NCBI RefSeq assembly: GCF_036321535.1
Contig: NC_087436.1
Coordinates: 109,308,001 to 109,372,000, forward strand
Source of the DNA: Camelus dromedarius
Taxonomy: Eukaryota
Direction of reading: 5' to 3'
DNA length: 64,000 bases
Below the pieces are notes generated by a model. The model was given only the letters and a program-made list of their open reading frames with translations, was not told the origin of the DNA and ran no database searches. Positions within the stretch are counted from its first letter, which is position 1, and the number at the start of each line of letters is the position of its first letter. Shown in pieces: positions 26,938 through 38,069 of the stretch. The translations under genes and the position numbers were made by a program.

Positions 26938-28863
26938 CTTCCCCTGCCGCCTCCTCGCTCGTAGGCGCCGAGGGTTTCTCTTTAGCTTGCTACTCCGCTC
27001 GAACCGTGCTGAGCCTGAGGCCCAGTGCCTGGAGCGAGGCTAGCAACCCAGAGTGTCCGGAAAATGTGCACAAAATAATATGGAAGTAACAGTAATATTC
27101 AAGGCAGTAGAGCTGACATGGGTACACGCCTCTTAGTAACCCTCACTCTCCTCTAGCAGGGCAGACGCTCCTTGGGCAACTTTAGGTCCTGAAGATCAAC
27201 TGGCCTGGCCAAGGCTATAGGGAGACCCCAGAGAAGGCCGGGAGATCACGCCTCGTCTGTCTCGCAAATATCAACTTGGTGGTAAAAGACCTGGGACTCC
27301 CAACGGCGGTGAAGATGCAGGGACTGGTTGCGCGTGGGTCAAGGATGCTCAGATTCCACGACTCCCTCTGCAAATCCAATTCCAGTGGGGACTGCAGGAG
27401 ACAGAAGAGAAGGGCTCAGTAGAAATGGTGGACTCGATTAAAGTGGGCTCTTCGAAACTAGAAGGCGCAGGAGCCCCACGGGCTGGGAGTGGAGCGTGCT
27501 GAACCACTGGGCATGGCGCGCGGGGGCGCACAGGGCTGGCGCGCAGCCTGGGGGACGCGGGACGGCGCTGCGGGGCTCCTGGCGCTGCTCGGCTCACTCA
27601 CGCGGCCTCCCACCGGCCTGCGGCTCCTCCGCAGTCCGGACGGGTCCTCGTCGTCTACTGACAGCCGAGGGCGGTTTTCAAATAAACCTTCACTTCGCTG
27701 AAGGATGTCTGGGCAGTTCTGCCTCCCGCCTGGCGTCCTTGGCGACGCTCCGCACCAAGGCCTTCACCGAGGTCACGCAGAAAAGACAAAAGGGCAGTCG
27801 CGCCGCCGCAGCCGGCAGAAATATCCACTAGTCACGACCACGGTAGAGAAAATCCTAGAGACCAAGTTAAGGACGAGAGCTCCTGAGAAGACTAAGTAGG
27901 GAATGGCTGGCAGGCCGGCAGGAAAGAGTGGAAAGGCCAAGGTGGAGGTGTCCGCTTCCCAGTCAGGCAGGGGTGTTCCGGAGGGTGGCGAGATGGTAGC
28001 TGGTAGACGGTCGTGGGATCTGCTACTCCCGAGGAGACCCCAGGAGGCAGCTGCACGGCAGTCCCCTGTGCGTGTGTGTGTCAGCCCCTTTCGTCTCCCG
28101 GATACGCCGCAGCTCCGCAGCAGACACCTGATGGCAAAGGTGGAAGAAACAAGACCGGGCTCCTGGGCAAGCACAGCCCCTCGGGCTCCCCCCCTCGACA
28201 GTAGCCTACAAGTGGGCCCTTCTTCTCAAAGTGCAGGAACTTTTCCCAGGCTTAGAATCCAGTCCTCACAGACACGGTGGGAGTCCTCCCGCCGACGTCG
28301 CGACGCCGCCCGTCTCCCAGCGCTGCACCTGACTCGGCGGCCGCAGTCCGGAGCAGCCCGTTTCCTTCCAGCCCCTTCCCCTCTCCCGGTCTTTCCGCGC
28401 CTCCTTCTCTGGGGAGGGAAGTGGGGGAGAGGGAAGGCGGCAACAGGGAGCGGGGACTCGGAGGCTCCGCAGACTCCCGAGCTCCTGGCAAGTGTCTAAA
28501 CAATAGGACGGACGCAGCAGCCCTAGTCTCGCTCGGCTGCGGGAAGGTGGGTTGTTGTTGTAACTGGAGTTGTTGGCTCGGGCTGCCTGGCGCTCAGCGC
28601 AGCCGAACAAAAACCCGGCCCGTGCCTCGGGAGCCGGCTGCGGGCCCCTCAGACGCTCCCCTTTCTCCTCAGTACTCCCGCCTTGCCCGGAAAGCTCGGC
28701 AGCTCCCGCCTGCGCCCGGGAGCCACGGCGCTCCCATCCCTTGCCGCCGCCGCTGCCGCCGCCGCCGCCTTTTTTTAACCACCGTCTGCGGCAGCCACTG
28801 CCGCCGCCGCCTCCTCCGTCAGCCTCCGCCGTCCGCGCGCTCCCCAAATAAATAACCCCAAGT
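26938..28863 (-). other. Predicted long (~1.9 kb) SLIT2 5' UTR with three uORFs
   Basis: Lies between the predicted TSS and the start codon; by manual count only three ATGs on the sense strand (28737, 27514, 27119). Confidence 0.6.
28743..28811 (-). repeat. Short interrupted (GGC)n trinucleotide tracts in the 5' leader
   Basis: Plus strand gccgccgccgctgccgccgccgccgcc (28743-28769) and gccgccgccgcc (28800-28811). Confidence 0.85.
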
Positions 28864-28947
28864 CAGAAGTTAAGCCGGCGCCGGCTTTATATAGCCGGCG
28901 GAGCCCCGGCCCCCTCGGCCCCGCCCCGTGCGGCCTGGCTCCGCCCA
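28863..28947 (-). promoter_or_regulatory. SLIT2 core promoter: TATATAAA box (28893-28886), Sp/KLF GC boxes, predicted TSS ~28863
   Basis: Minus-strand TATATAAA in a GC-rich context. GGGGCGGGG (~28919-28927) and TGGGCGGAG (~28940-28948) lie just upstream. An A at 28863 (TCTGACTT) is 30 nt downstream of the first T of the TATA box. TSS position is inferred. Confidence 0.7.
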
Positions 28948-29899
28948 GTGGCTGCGCGCGGGGAGCCCGCACCTCGCCCGGGAGAGGTGAGGCCCCAGCT
29001 GCCAGCGCCGGGCGGAGGCGGCGGCGGGCGGCGCGTTCCCGCGCACCCCGGCCCGCGCCCTCGCTCCCACGCCACGGCGAAGTTTGGCGGAGGAAGGAGG
29101 TTCCCGGGACCCCGCCCCCAGCTCCAGGGTCCCCGAGGTGACCCAGGCTCGAAGATGGTCGTTCGCTGCGGGGGGATGACGGGAGGGCGGCTTTGAACGC
29201 TGCTCATAAATAGCCCTGCCAGTTTCTCCGCTGCAGCTTTTGCCACGCGATCCTAAGGGGGCTGCTCAGTGTTTGAAGCGCAGCAAGAGAGAGAGAGAGA
29301 GATTATGGTTTTAAAATTCAAAAAAAAAAAAAAATCCACCGAAATAGATCTGCTGCGCTCAGACACACACATGTGTATTTTGGGGAGCTTAAAAGTTCAG
29401 AGTTTTTGCAAGTTGGGAAGTGGTGTTTTTGAACCTTCTCGCCAGCCTCCCATCTCCGAGCCACCCCCTTCCGTTTAACCCTTTCTTTGTAGTCACGCAC
29501 TGAGCACCGTGCTCTGTTGACATCTTGAATACACAGTACGCTCACAAAACTCCAAGGGCTTGAATGTGTCTGTGTGATTTTACTCTCTTAGGAAAGGAGG
29601 GAAAAAATAAATCCCTAGCAACGCACGTTGTAACCAGAAGGTTTCCTTTATTTCAGGGACGTTCTGGATATTTTTGCCCCACTGTTTTGGAAGAGAATTT
29701 CCTTGTTTCTTCTTGTCTTTTTATTGTGATGTATGTCTGGCAACTGCTACCACTCTCCTGCCCCCCCCCCCCCACCAGAAAAAAACAAAGTCACGATTGG
29801 TTTGAAATGACATCTAAATGAGTCAACAATTTTGCTTGGATTTAAAACGTCTCACCTCATTCTTCTGGTCCTATTTCACCTTACATCTCTTTCACAGGA

Positions 29900-30065
29900 A
29901 TTTTTGCAAGCCCCCAGCCTAATGCCTGTCTTACAGTGTGATAATTATTTGTGTAATTATCTGTCACCCCCATGAAGGCAAGAGGACCCATCAGGTTCAT
30001 TTTTCTATTTTCAGCATCTAACAATATGCCTGGCACACAAGCGGTGCCCTGAAAATTGACTGATT
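29900..30065 (+). mobile_element. L2 3' end remnant
   Basis: catgaaggcaagagga...tcagcatctaacaatatgcctggcacacaagcggtgccc resembles the L2 tail. Confidence 0.6.
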
Positions 30066-32084
30066 TCTTTACCACAAGAATATACTCAATTTGAAATCTC
30101 TCCAATATCCTCAGTAACTTTTTTCCTACTTGCATTTTCCAAAATATCTTTGCATAATAGCTACCTCTGCCTATGTCATTTTGCCTTCCCTGGAAAACTT
30201 AAAGCCATTTTGAGGACATTTCCAAAGAGAGGTTACCCATTTGATAACTGAATGGGAACTCTTAGGATTACTCATTTTAACGCCATTGATTTATAGTCCT
30301 CTGTTCTTTTAAATACTTAAAAACGTTTAACATTCATTAACTCATTTGTCCGTCTAGATTTTAGCTTAAAGGTCTGTTATGTAACTTCCTTAAGAAGGAG
30401 AAAGTGGAAGCCATCGTGACATTTTCTTGTAAGAAAAATGAGATAAAGAACAAGTACCCATCAATGATGGACTCTTCCATCCCTCTGCATCCCCACCCTC
30501 AGAGAATTTCTTTAGTGTGTACCAGTAAATTAACTGGTTGAAATATATTTACTACCACGCTAATTAACTTAATTCCACAACTTTGATACCCTGTCAGCAA
30601 CAAGATATGAGTATTTATGTTCAACTTTATCTGCCTCATAGAATCATTGTTCTGTATTTTAATTGCAAAAACATATCCTGCATTCCAAATACTCATGAGT
30701 AATGCTATTAACATCATTGCATAAAGCAAGTCATAGACATGAGTTCAAGTTTGATTCTTTCTCTGGCTCACTTTCCATTCTGTGTAAAACCAGGAAAAGA
30801 GCTGAAAATAACATTCACAGCAGCATGCCTGCAGAAACATATTTTTGAATTTGATGCAGATTTGACTGAGAAGATATGTCCAATGGATTTCATTAAGAAA
30901 AAAAAAAAAAGACTGCAACTAATTCCTGAGAGACATGGCACCTTAATGTCTGTGTCATCAGCTTTTCAGTTAGCAAAAGGAAAATTTATACATGGGTGAC
31001 CAGATTTCTCTTTTAAGAAATATTGTTCTATTATTCCTGTAGTATTATTGCAGGATGTGTTTGATGCTTCAGTACCATTAACTTCTAGATCTTAGTTCTT
31101 TCTAGAATATGTTGCTCCCAAATGGGTTCTGAGTTTCTCTTTGACTCTGTTCCGCCCAGCCTGAAGAAAGCCTTCTGTGGTGCCTCCTGTCACCACATGA
31201 GGTCTCCATAAATCCTGACCTGAATTAAACAGACATGGAGTCCACTGCAGTTAACATACAAGTCCCCTGTTACCTTGAGAAAAAAAAAAAAAAAAATCCA
31301 GTGGCTACAATAATTTAGAAAACAATGTAGACATTTAAAAACTCATACAGTAAAAAAACAAACAAAATACAAGAAAGCTTTCTCTCAATTTGCATTTTCT
31401 TTGGAGGAAAAAAAGTTTGTGAAATTGATATATGGAGAAAAGGAAGAAGAAAGGAGAATTAACAAAAAAAGAGGTAAATATGAGTAAAAAAAAGGTAGGT
31501 AATCGTAATAGCATTATTAAATTCGTGAAACTTCCAGGATAATTCCGTGGATTGAAATGTTTTCACACTGCTCTTTCATTGTTTCAAAATGTGCACATGT
31601 TAATTACCTAATTTTTTTCATAATATTTTTGTATTGGACATGTAAATATGGATCTCCATACCATTATGGAAATAAAGATTTAACTAAAAATTTTTCCTGC
31701 CTCCTAGGATCCAAGCTATTTGATGGAGTTAAAACTGCACTGTAATTCTAGATGGTTGCTAGTTAATTTGTGTTCAGGTGAGGACTTTGGTCTTTAGCCA
31801 GGTCTGATTACCTGGCAGAGTTGAAATCAGGACCTGAGTTCTCTGACCTCAAACCTCAATTGATTCTCCGACACCCAACCTATAGAGTGTCTGGAACTCA
31901 CAGGGATGATGGAATCTGTAGTTCGTCAGGAACTGTCACCCTCACAGAGGAGATGTTCACATTTCTCTGCACACACTGTTTATAAACATCTAAAGGGAGC
32001 AGGGAAGAACTAGGATCCACAGAACCAGCCAGCTTCTGGTCCAGCTACTGGAACTAGCTTAAACTTCGAGATGATTCTCTAGGG

Positions 32085-32265
32085 CAGTGGTCTTCAGATG
32101 TGGTCCCCAAGACCAGCAGCATCCAAAATGCCAAGGTTTCTAGTTAGAAATGCAAATTTTCAGGCCCCACCTCAGCACAGAATCAGAAACTCTGGGGGTG
32201 AAGGCCAGAGTTCTAACAAGCCTCGCAGTGGTTTTGATGGTCACTGAAGCTTGAGACCCACCACT
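32085..32265 (+). mobile_element. MER5A-like hAT-Charlie MITE
   Basis: Ends cagtggtcttca...tgagacccaccact; internal ttagaaatgcaaattttcaggccccacc and gaatcagaaactctggggg; 8-bp TSD ctctaggg / ctctagag fits the NTCTAGAN Charlie target. Confidence 0.88.
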
Positions 32266-32397
32266 CTCTAGAGCTCCTTTATGGTTGTACCTGAGCCACC
32301 TGCGTTTGGAGAATCAGGGAGCAGTGAATGATAGGTAGCACCTGCTGAATTGACTCAGCTTCTCATTCCCAGGCATTTGACAAGTGTACATTCCTGA

Positions 32398-32416
32398 TAA
32401 CCTCTAGGGGGCACCA
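32398..32416 (+). promoter_or_regulatory. Candidate CTCF binding site
   Basis: taaCCTCTAGGGGGCACca closely matches the CTCF core CC(A/T)(C/G)YAG(A/G)(G/T)GGC(A/G)C. Confidence 0.6.
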
Positions 32417-34130
32417 AAATGTTTTCATGCGCAGCCCCAAGGAGGTAACAAGAATTTAAACTCATTTTCCAAAGAAATGGCCTTGAGAAATGGAAAGAGC
32501 TTCCATCTCAGCAAGCTGCTCTAATTGTTATGTCTTGGCCAGTTATAAAATTCATTACACTAAATTTTTTTCCAGCTTAATATTACATATATACAGGAAT
32601 AACAATACTTAACTTTTCATGATTACAGTGAAGATTAAGATAACATCTGTCAAATTAACAGCACAGAACCTGGCATAGAGCTAGGTGCTTATTAAATAAA
32701 GGGCAGTGTTACTGTTTTCATCATTCCTACTACTCATTAGTGAACATTTCTGAAATATTTCATTTGTATTGTGAGAACAAATTAGATATTTCCATTAACT
32801 ATTATAATGATCAAGTAGCTTCCTATCCTGAGCCCTGGGAAACCCTCGAAGGGTGGGCTGGGGGCTATATTTTAAGACTAGAAGAAAGATCAAACTCTGC
32901 CCAGGCTTACAGTAATCCATGAAGAAATGAGGGGAGATCGATACAATTCATTTCGTGATAATTATATCCTCAGTACTGTTTTGAAGAGGTGAAGTTGGTT
33001 TTCCACTGTCATAATAAAATAGCCTCTTGGTGTTTTAGTAAAATCTTAGAGCGAAAAGTCTGAAACCTGAATATGTTGCTAAGTGAGACTGCTTTGGGTA
33101 TGTTAGAGCTTATGGCCTTAGTTTTTCTCATTTATGTAATGTTGGGATTGGACCAGTTAAACTATAACTCTCTTTTCCAGTTCTCAGTAATAATGCAACT
33201 CTATTTATTAAATATTCTCTGTGTTCCAAAGACTGGGATCCTCCCCTTGTGTATCTCAGCTCCTTTCATTTTCAAGACAATCCTCTGAATTAGAGGCTAT
33301 TTTTATCTCCCATAGATAGTTAAGAAAACTGGGGCTCGTAGGAATTCATTCAGCTGGTCCTGCTCATACAGCTAGTAACTGGCAAAGTAGGAATCAGTAT
33401 TCCGGTCTGACACCAAATCCCATTTTATGAACATCATAAAACCTATTTCTCAAATTCTGTGATTTGAGTGCTTTGCACAATGTTTCATTCTCTACATAGT
33501 TAAGACAAAAGTGTGTTTTGGGAGGCGATGGTGGAGTAAAGTGACCTATGAACATTAAATACATAAGCTACTTGGGCAAGAACAACCACAAAGAAAGTAA
33601 AAGAAATAGTTAATACTCAACGATGCAGGTTAAAAAAACACATTAACATTTAAAAGCCCAAGAGAAAATAAACAGCAAAAATGTTAATAGTTTTATGAGG
33701 TTAAAATAAGTTTACAAGAAATTAACCATTGAGGAAAAGGAAATTCAGTTGTAAATAGTTTTAAATTGCCTAATCTTTTGACTTATTAAATCTAAAAATG
33801 CCTCCTAGATTTTCACAGAAGAAAAAAAAATCTGTGTTATCTGGGAAAGAGTGGGCAGGAACCCTTCACAACTTCTGCAGACTCCTACTGATTTCTCTTA
33901 GAGGGTCACAATATCAGGCTAAAATAACAAAAAAATTTGCTGTAGTCTAACATAAACTCAAAATAAATATTTTTAAATCCCGTCTAAATATTATATATTT
34001 TAGATAAAAACCAGATCTGCTTAACAGAGGTAGTTCATAACCACTATCGGAAAAATATAGTTCAGAGTATATACCTGCCTGATGGTCAAAAGCTATTTTT
34101 TGTACAAAGAATCACATTAATGTCTTAATC

Positions 34131-34636
34131 CAAGAGTTAACAAACTTTTTCTGTAAAGGATCAGGTAGTATTTTAGACTTTGCAGGCCAACAGGCAAAAT
34201 AAAGGACATTATAAAACACTTAACATAATAAATAAAGAAAATTAATTTCCACAACTCTTTTGCTGATGTAATTAAAAATGTAACAATATCTTGTAGTAAC
34301 CTATAATGAAAAAGAATATGAAAAGGAATATATGTATGTATATGTATGACTAAAACATTATGCTGTACACCAGAAATTGACACAACATTGTAAACTGACT
34401 ATACTTCAATAAAAAATAAAATAAAATAAAAATTTAACTATTGATTACAGTTTTTTGTGATACAGATCTACTAATGACAATTATGGAATTCTTTTGGGGG
34501 GATAACATTCATTTAATTGGGGTTCCAAGTAAGTGTTTTCTATCATCAAATCAATTGCTAAGTTTAATAGATAAAAATCATTTTTAGCTCACTGACGACA
34601 TAAAAACTTGTGGCAGGTCCTATTTGGCTGTAGTCC
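34131..34636 (+). mobile_element. MER58-family hAT element interrupted by an L1 3' end
   Basis: Begins caagagttaacaaactttttctgtaaagga...ttttagactttgcaggcca and ends ...tttttagctc...ggcaggtcctatttggc; typical MER58 termini. Confidence 0.8.
34285..34427 (+). mobile_element. Short, 5'-truncated young L1 3' end nested in the MER58 element
   Basis: aatatcttgtagtaacctataatgaaaaagaatatg...tgtaaactgactatacttcaataaaaaa, nearly identical to 43980-44105; TSD aaaaatgtaac / aaaaatttaac at a TT/AAAA site. Confidence 0.88.
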
Positions 34637-34959
34637 AAAGAGGTGACTGTTCCATGTACCAGGTCATAGTTTCCCAAAGGGTTATGTTAAAATTCAAAGG
34701 GATGTTGTAAAGATAAGAGCTCTGAGCTCCAAAGTGGCTGTTCTGTGACAGGCAGTAAATGTCTTTCTCAGTATTATCTGCAGCTCGACTTCTTTAACTC
34801 TGAAATGGAACTCTGCAAAAGCATTTAAAGAAAATTTAAATTCATCTCATTTTAATATAAAGTAAGTAAGTACAAGATAGGCTACTATCCATTTCTCGCA
34901 TGTGCTTATCTGTTGAACCAGATGGTCCTCACGTGTAAGATGGAGATTAAAAAAAAAAA

Positions 34960-35215
34960 TAACATTTATTAAGTATTTACTACATGCAGGCATTTTTCTA
35001 AGTGTTTTACTTTATTCCGTCATTTAATCCTCCTAGAAAACTGTATTATCTTCTAGACGAGGAAGTTAAGGGACAAAAAAGTTTGAGTGACTTGCTCACA
35101 TTACCTTAGGGATGTGGAATGAGGCCAAGAAAGGTTAAATAACCTGCCCAAGGTCTCTCAGCCAGGAAACAGCAGAGCTAGGATTTTAACCCAAGCAGCC
35201 AGAATCCAAAGCACT
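34960..35215 (-). mobile_element. MIR SINE remnant
   Basis: aataacatttattaagtatttactacatgcaggc...aggttaaataacctgcccaaggtc...gcagagctaggattttaacccaagcag. Confidence 0.8.
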
Positions 35216-36214
35216 GGGCCCCTTACTAATTCGTGAATCACAGGAAATTCATGATAATGGAATGAAAACTATGTGAAAGAACTATATGAACTGTAAAATA
35301 ATGTATTATTTTTATTTGCATTATGGCTATTATTTATAGTTGAAGGTGGTGAATGTAAAAGACAACATAAAAACAGGTAGCAGAGAATCACTAGGTTGAA
35401 TATAATCTGACTTGAGCGAACCCTTTTTGTCTCCTTCTTACCATGTTAATAGGATTATTTCATTTCTCTTTCATGACTTGGGATACACTGTCCTTGGTTA
35501 CATAAGACAAAAGGAATATTTTCCCCACCAAAACAACCTAGAAATTCTACCACAGATGAGACTTGAGTGAAAAATAAATCTGTATAAACTTAGGAAAAAA
35601 ACATTATATAAAGAAGACTCTCTTAAGTATAAACATAGAAGTTTAACTATTCAATAAATACAATGTCATGTCTAAAAACGCAGAAATACTACTTTGTCTT
35701 GCTGGCTAGTCGTATCTTGATGTGTAAGAAATATCAACTCGAAAGATGTGTGTTGTTCATTGTGGTTGAGATAACACAGTAGAAAAATGTCCAAAGATCC
35801 CCACGAATGGTTTCCCAAGCATTGTAATGAAAAATTATAAAAAATAAAATGTGAATTCTAATGCCATTTTTTAAAGTGTATGAAAATAAAGTAACTTCTA
35901 GACACTTGCTCATTCATTGCAAATTGCTTTATTTTGTGATTAAAGGAGGCCCTGAAGCTGTAAATCTATTCAGGGTCACAGTCAGAACTGTTTTTGTGTG
36001 TATGTGCGCATGTGTGTGTGCGTGTGTCCACAAAAATGTATGTGCATGTGTTTCACCTGTATATTCTTCTTCTTTGGTGTCTTTGCCAGGATCTTTTTAA
36101 TTTTAATTTTTCTTCCTTAACCTATCATATGTGGAAAATAAAAGGTTATGTATTATCCTACTTCAAAGAAGTTGTGAAGATTAAATAAGTTAATATGTGA
36201 AAGAACTTGGAGAA

Positions 36215-37305
36215 TTCCAGTTCTGGAGCAGGATGCTATAGGCTTATGTATCCCCACTCTTTCCTCTAAGTACAGCTACATGCCCTGGAAATAATTCAAC
36301 AGACAATATAAAAGGATTCAGAGAGCTGGAAAGGATAAGTTGGACTGGCAAGGGAGCTCAGGCCCAGAGGAATGATGACCCAGGGAATCTCCTGGGTTCT
36401 CCTTCTGTCTTACATAATGCAGAGAAAAGGCAAGTCTGAGAGAGACCTGGTGGGAAGTGTCAACCCCTGCTCCATACCTAGGGCACCAGCTGGGCGAAAT
36501 CCACCCACCCGGAGCAGCAGCTTCAAAGCCCCTGAAGGCCGACCTACCCCTGCCACACGATCAGACGCGCGCTAGCAGACAAGCTGACCCACCCTTGGGG
36601 CAGCATTGTTGGAGCCCGGCTTTTCCTGCCCTCAGTGGTGTAAGAGACCCATGCCCAGCATGTTCTGGCTCTCCTCCATCACCGGCAGATGACCCAGGAT
36701 ACGACCTCAGCATTAGAAGGAACTGAGCAGGAAACCCAGCAGCACCAGGATAGCAAAACAGGTCAAACCTGCAATGCAAAACCTATGAAAACTAAACTGT
36801 CATTAGAACTAAAACCCACAGAAGTAGGCCAGAAACTGTACGCTAAATCTAAACATGGTGACCACACACTAAAAGGGAAGATTTAAATAGCACCAAGAGT
36901 TTCCTAGCATGACAAACGCAATGTCCAGGATACAATAGGAAGATCACTCATCATATCAAAAACCAGGAAAACCACAGTTCGACCAATGCCAATCAGACGG
37001 TGGAGGGGACATCAAGGCATTCCAGGTGAAAGGTTGCTAAGAGTGTTCGCCTTGCCTGTGGACCCACCCTAACAGAATGGCTAACGGAAGTTCTCTAAGA
37101 GAAAAGGAAATGATAAAAGAAGGAAACTTGGAGCATCAGGAAGGAAGAAAAAAAGGAAAGAGTAAAAAATAAGGGTAAAGACAATATACTTTCCTTCCCT
37201 TATGCTTTCTAAATTCTGTTTGATGGCAGAAGCAAAATTACAGCACTGTGTTGTGTGATTCTCAATGTGTGTAGAGGAAATATTGAAGACAGTTATAAAC
37301 ATTTG
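36215..37305 (+). mobile_element. Old L1 fragments (5' region-like and downstream pieces)
   Basis: Resembles ancient L1M 5'/ORF1-adjacent sequence; subfamily not determinable by eye. Confidence 0.45.
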
Positions 37306-38069
37306 AGAGAATTACCATTTCCACATTAAAGGATTATTTGATTGAAGTCAGGAAAATGTATACTAGGCCCTATAAACGTCTTAATATTGGTCTAGATGCC
37401 AGAGAATTAAAGATAGAAAAGACATAAATCTTTGTGTTGCAGAGCTTGTTGGCTAGTGCGTAGACAATATAAAAACAAGGTTAGCAATCAGTCTGGTGCA
37501 TGTGATGAGACAAATATACACAGCAGTGTGACAGAAAGTAGGGTAATGCTATCCTCTGATACCAGGAAAGACCCAAGAAAGACAGGACAATAACTAGGGT
37601 TTGAAGGATTGAAAGGAATTTTCCTGGTTTACAATTTGAACGATTACAGATGCAGGCAACGTAAGACCATGATCCAAGTGCTTTAGTCCATAAGACAATG
37701 TGTTATCTCACATCCCAAGAAGCCCAGAGGCAGAAAGGCCCTAGAGCTGATAGACTGGGTAATAGACGTATATGTTAACAAAAGTGTGAAAAACTCTTAC
37801 AGAAAATCCATAATCATAATGTTTATTTCTTATTCGTGCTTCATGTCCATATTGGGATTATTGGGCCGCATTCCGTGTTATCTTCACTGTTTTTCCACAT
37901 CATCTTCATTCCAGGAAACAGACTCGTTGGGCATCCTGTCCCTAAAACATCTGTGGTCATCATAGCAGGGGAAAGAGAAGAGGAAGATTCACTCTTTGGC
38001 TCTTGAGCATGACATGCATGGGACGTACGTGACTGCTCGCATTTCACTGGCCACATAAAGTCACCTGTC

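Larger units (their letters stand above)
25340..29300. promoter_or_regulatory. CpG island spanning the SLIT2 promoter, 5' leader, exon 1 and the start of intron 1
   Basis: Sharp rise in GC content and CpG density against the AT-rich, CpG-poor flanks; boundaries approximate. Confidence 0.93.

Noticed and set aside
25119..29246. Many long overlapping ORFs (up to 228 aa) on both strands in the CpG island
   Set aside because: Low-complexity Arg/Gly/Pro/Ala translations are expected where GC-rich DNA lacks stop codons; no recognisable domain. Only SLIT2 exon 1 is supported.
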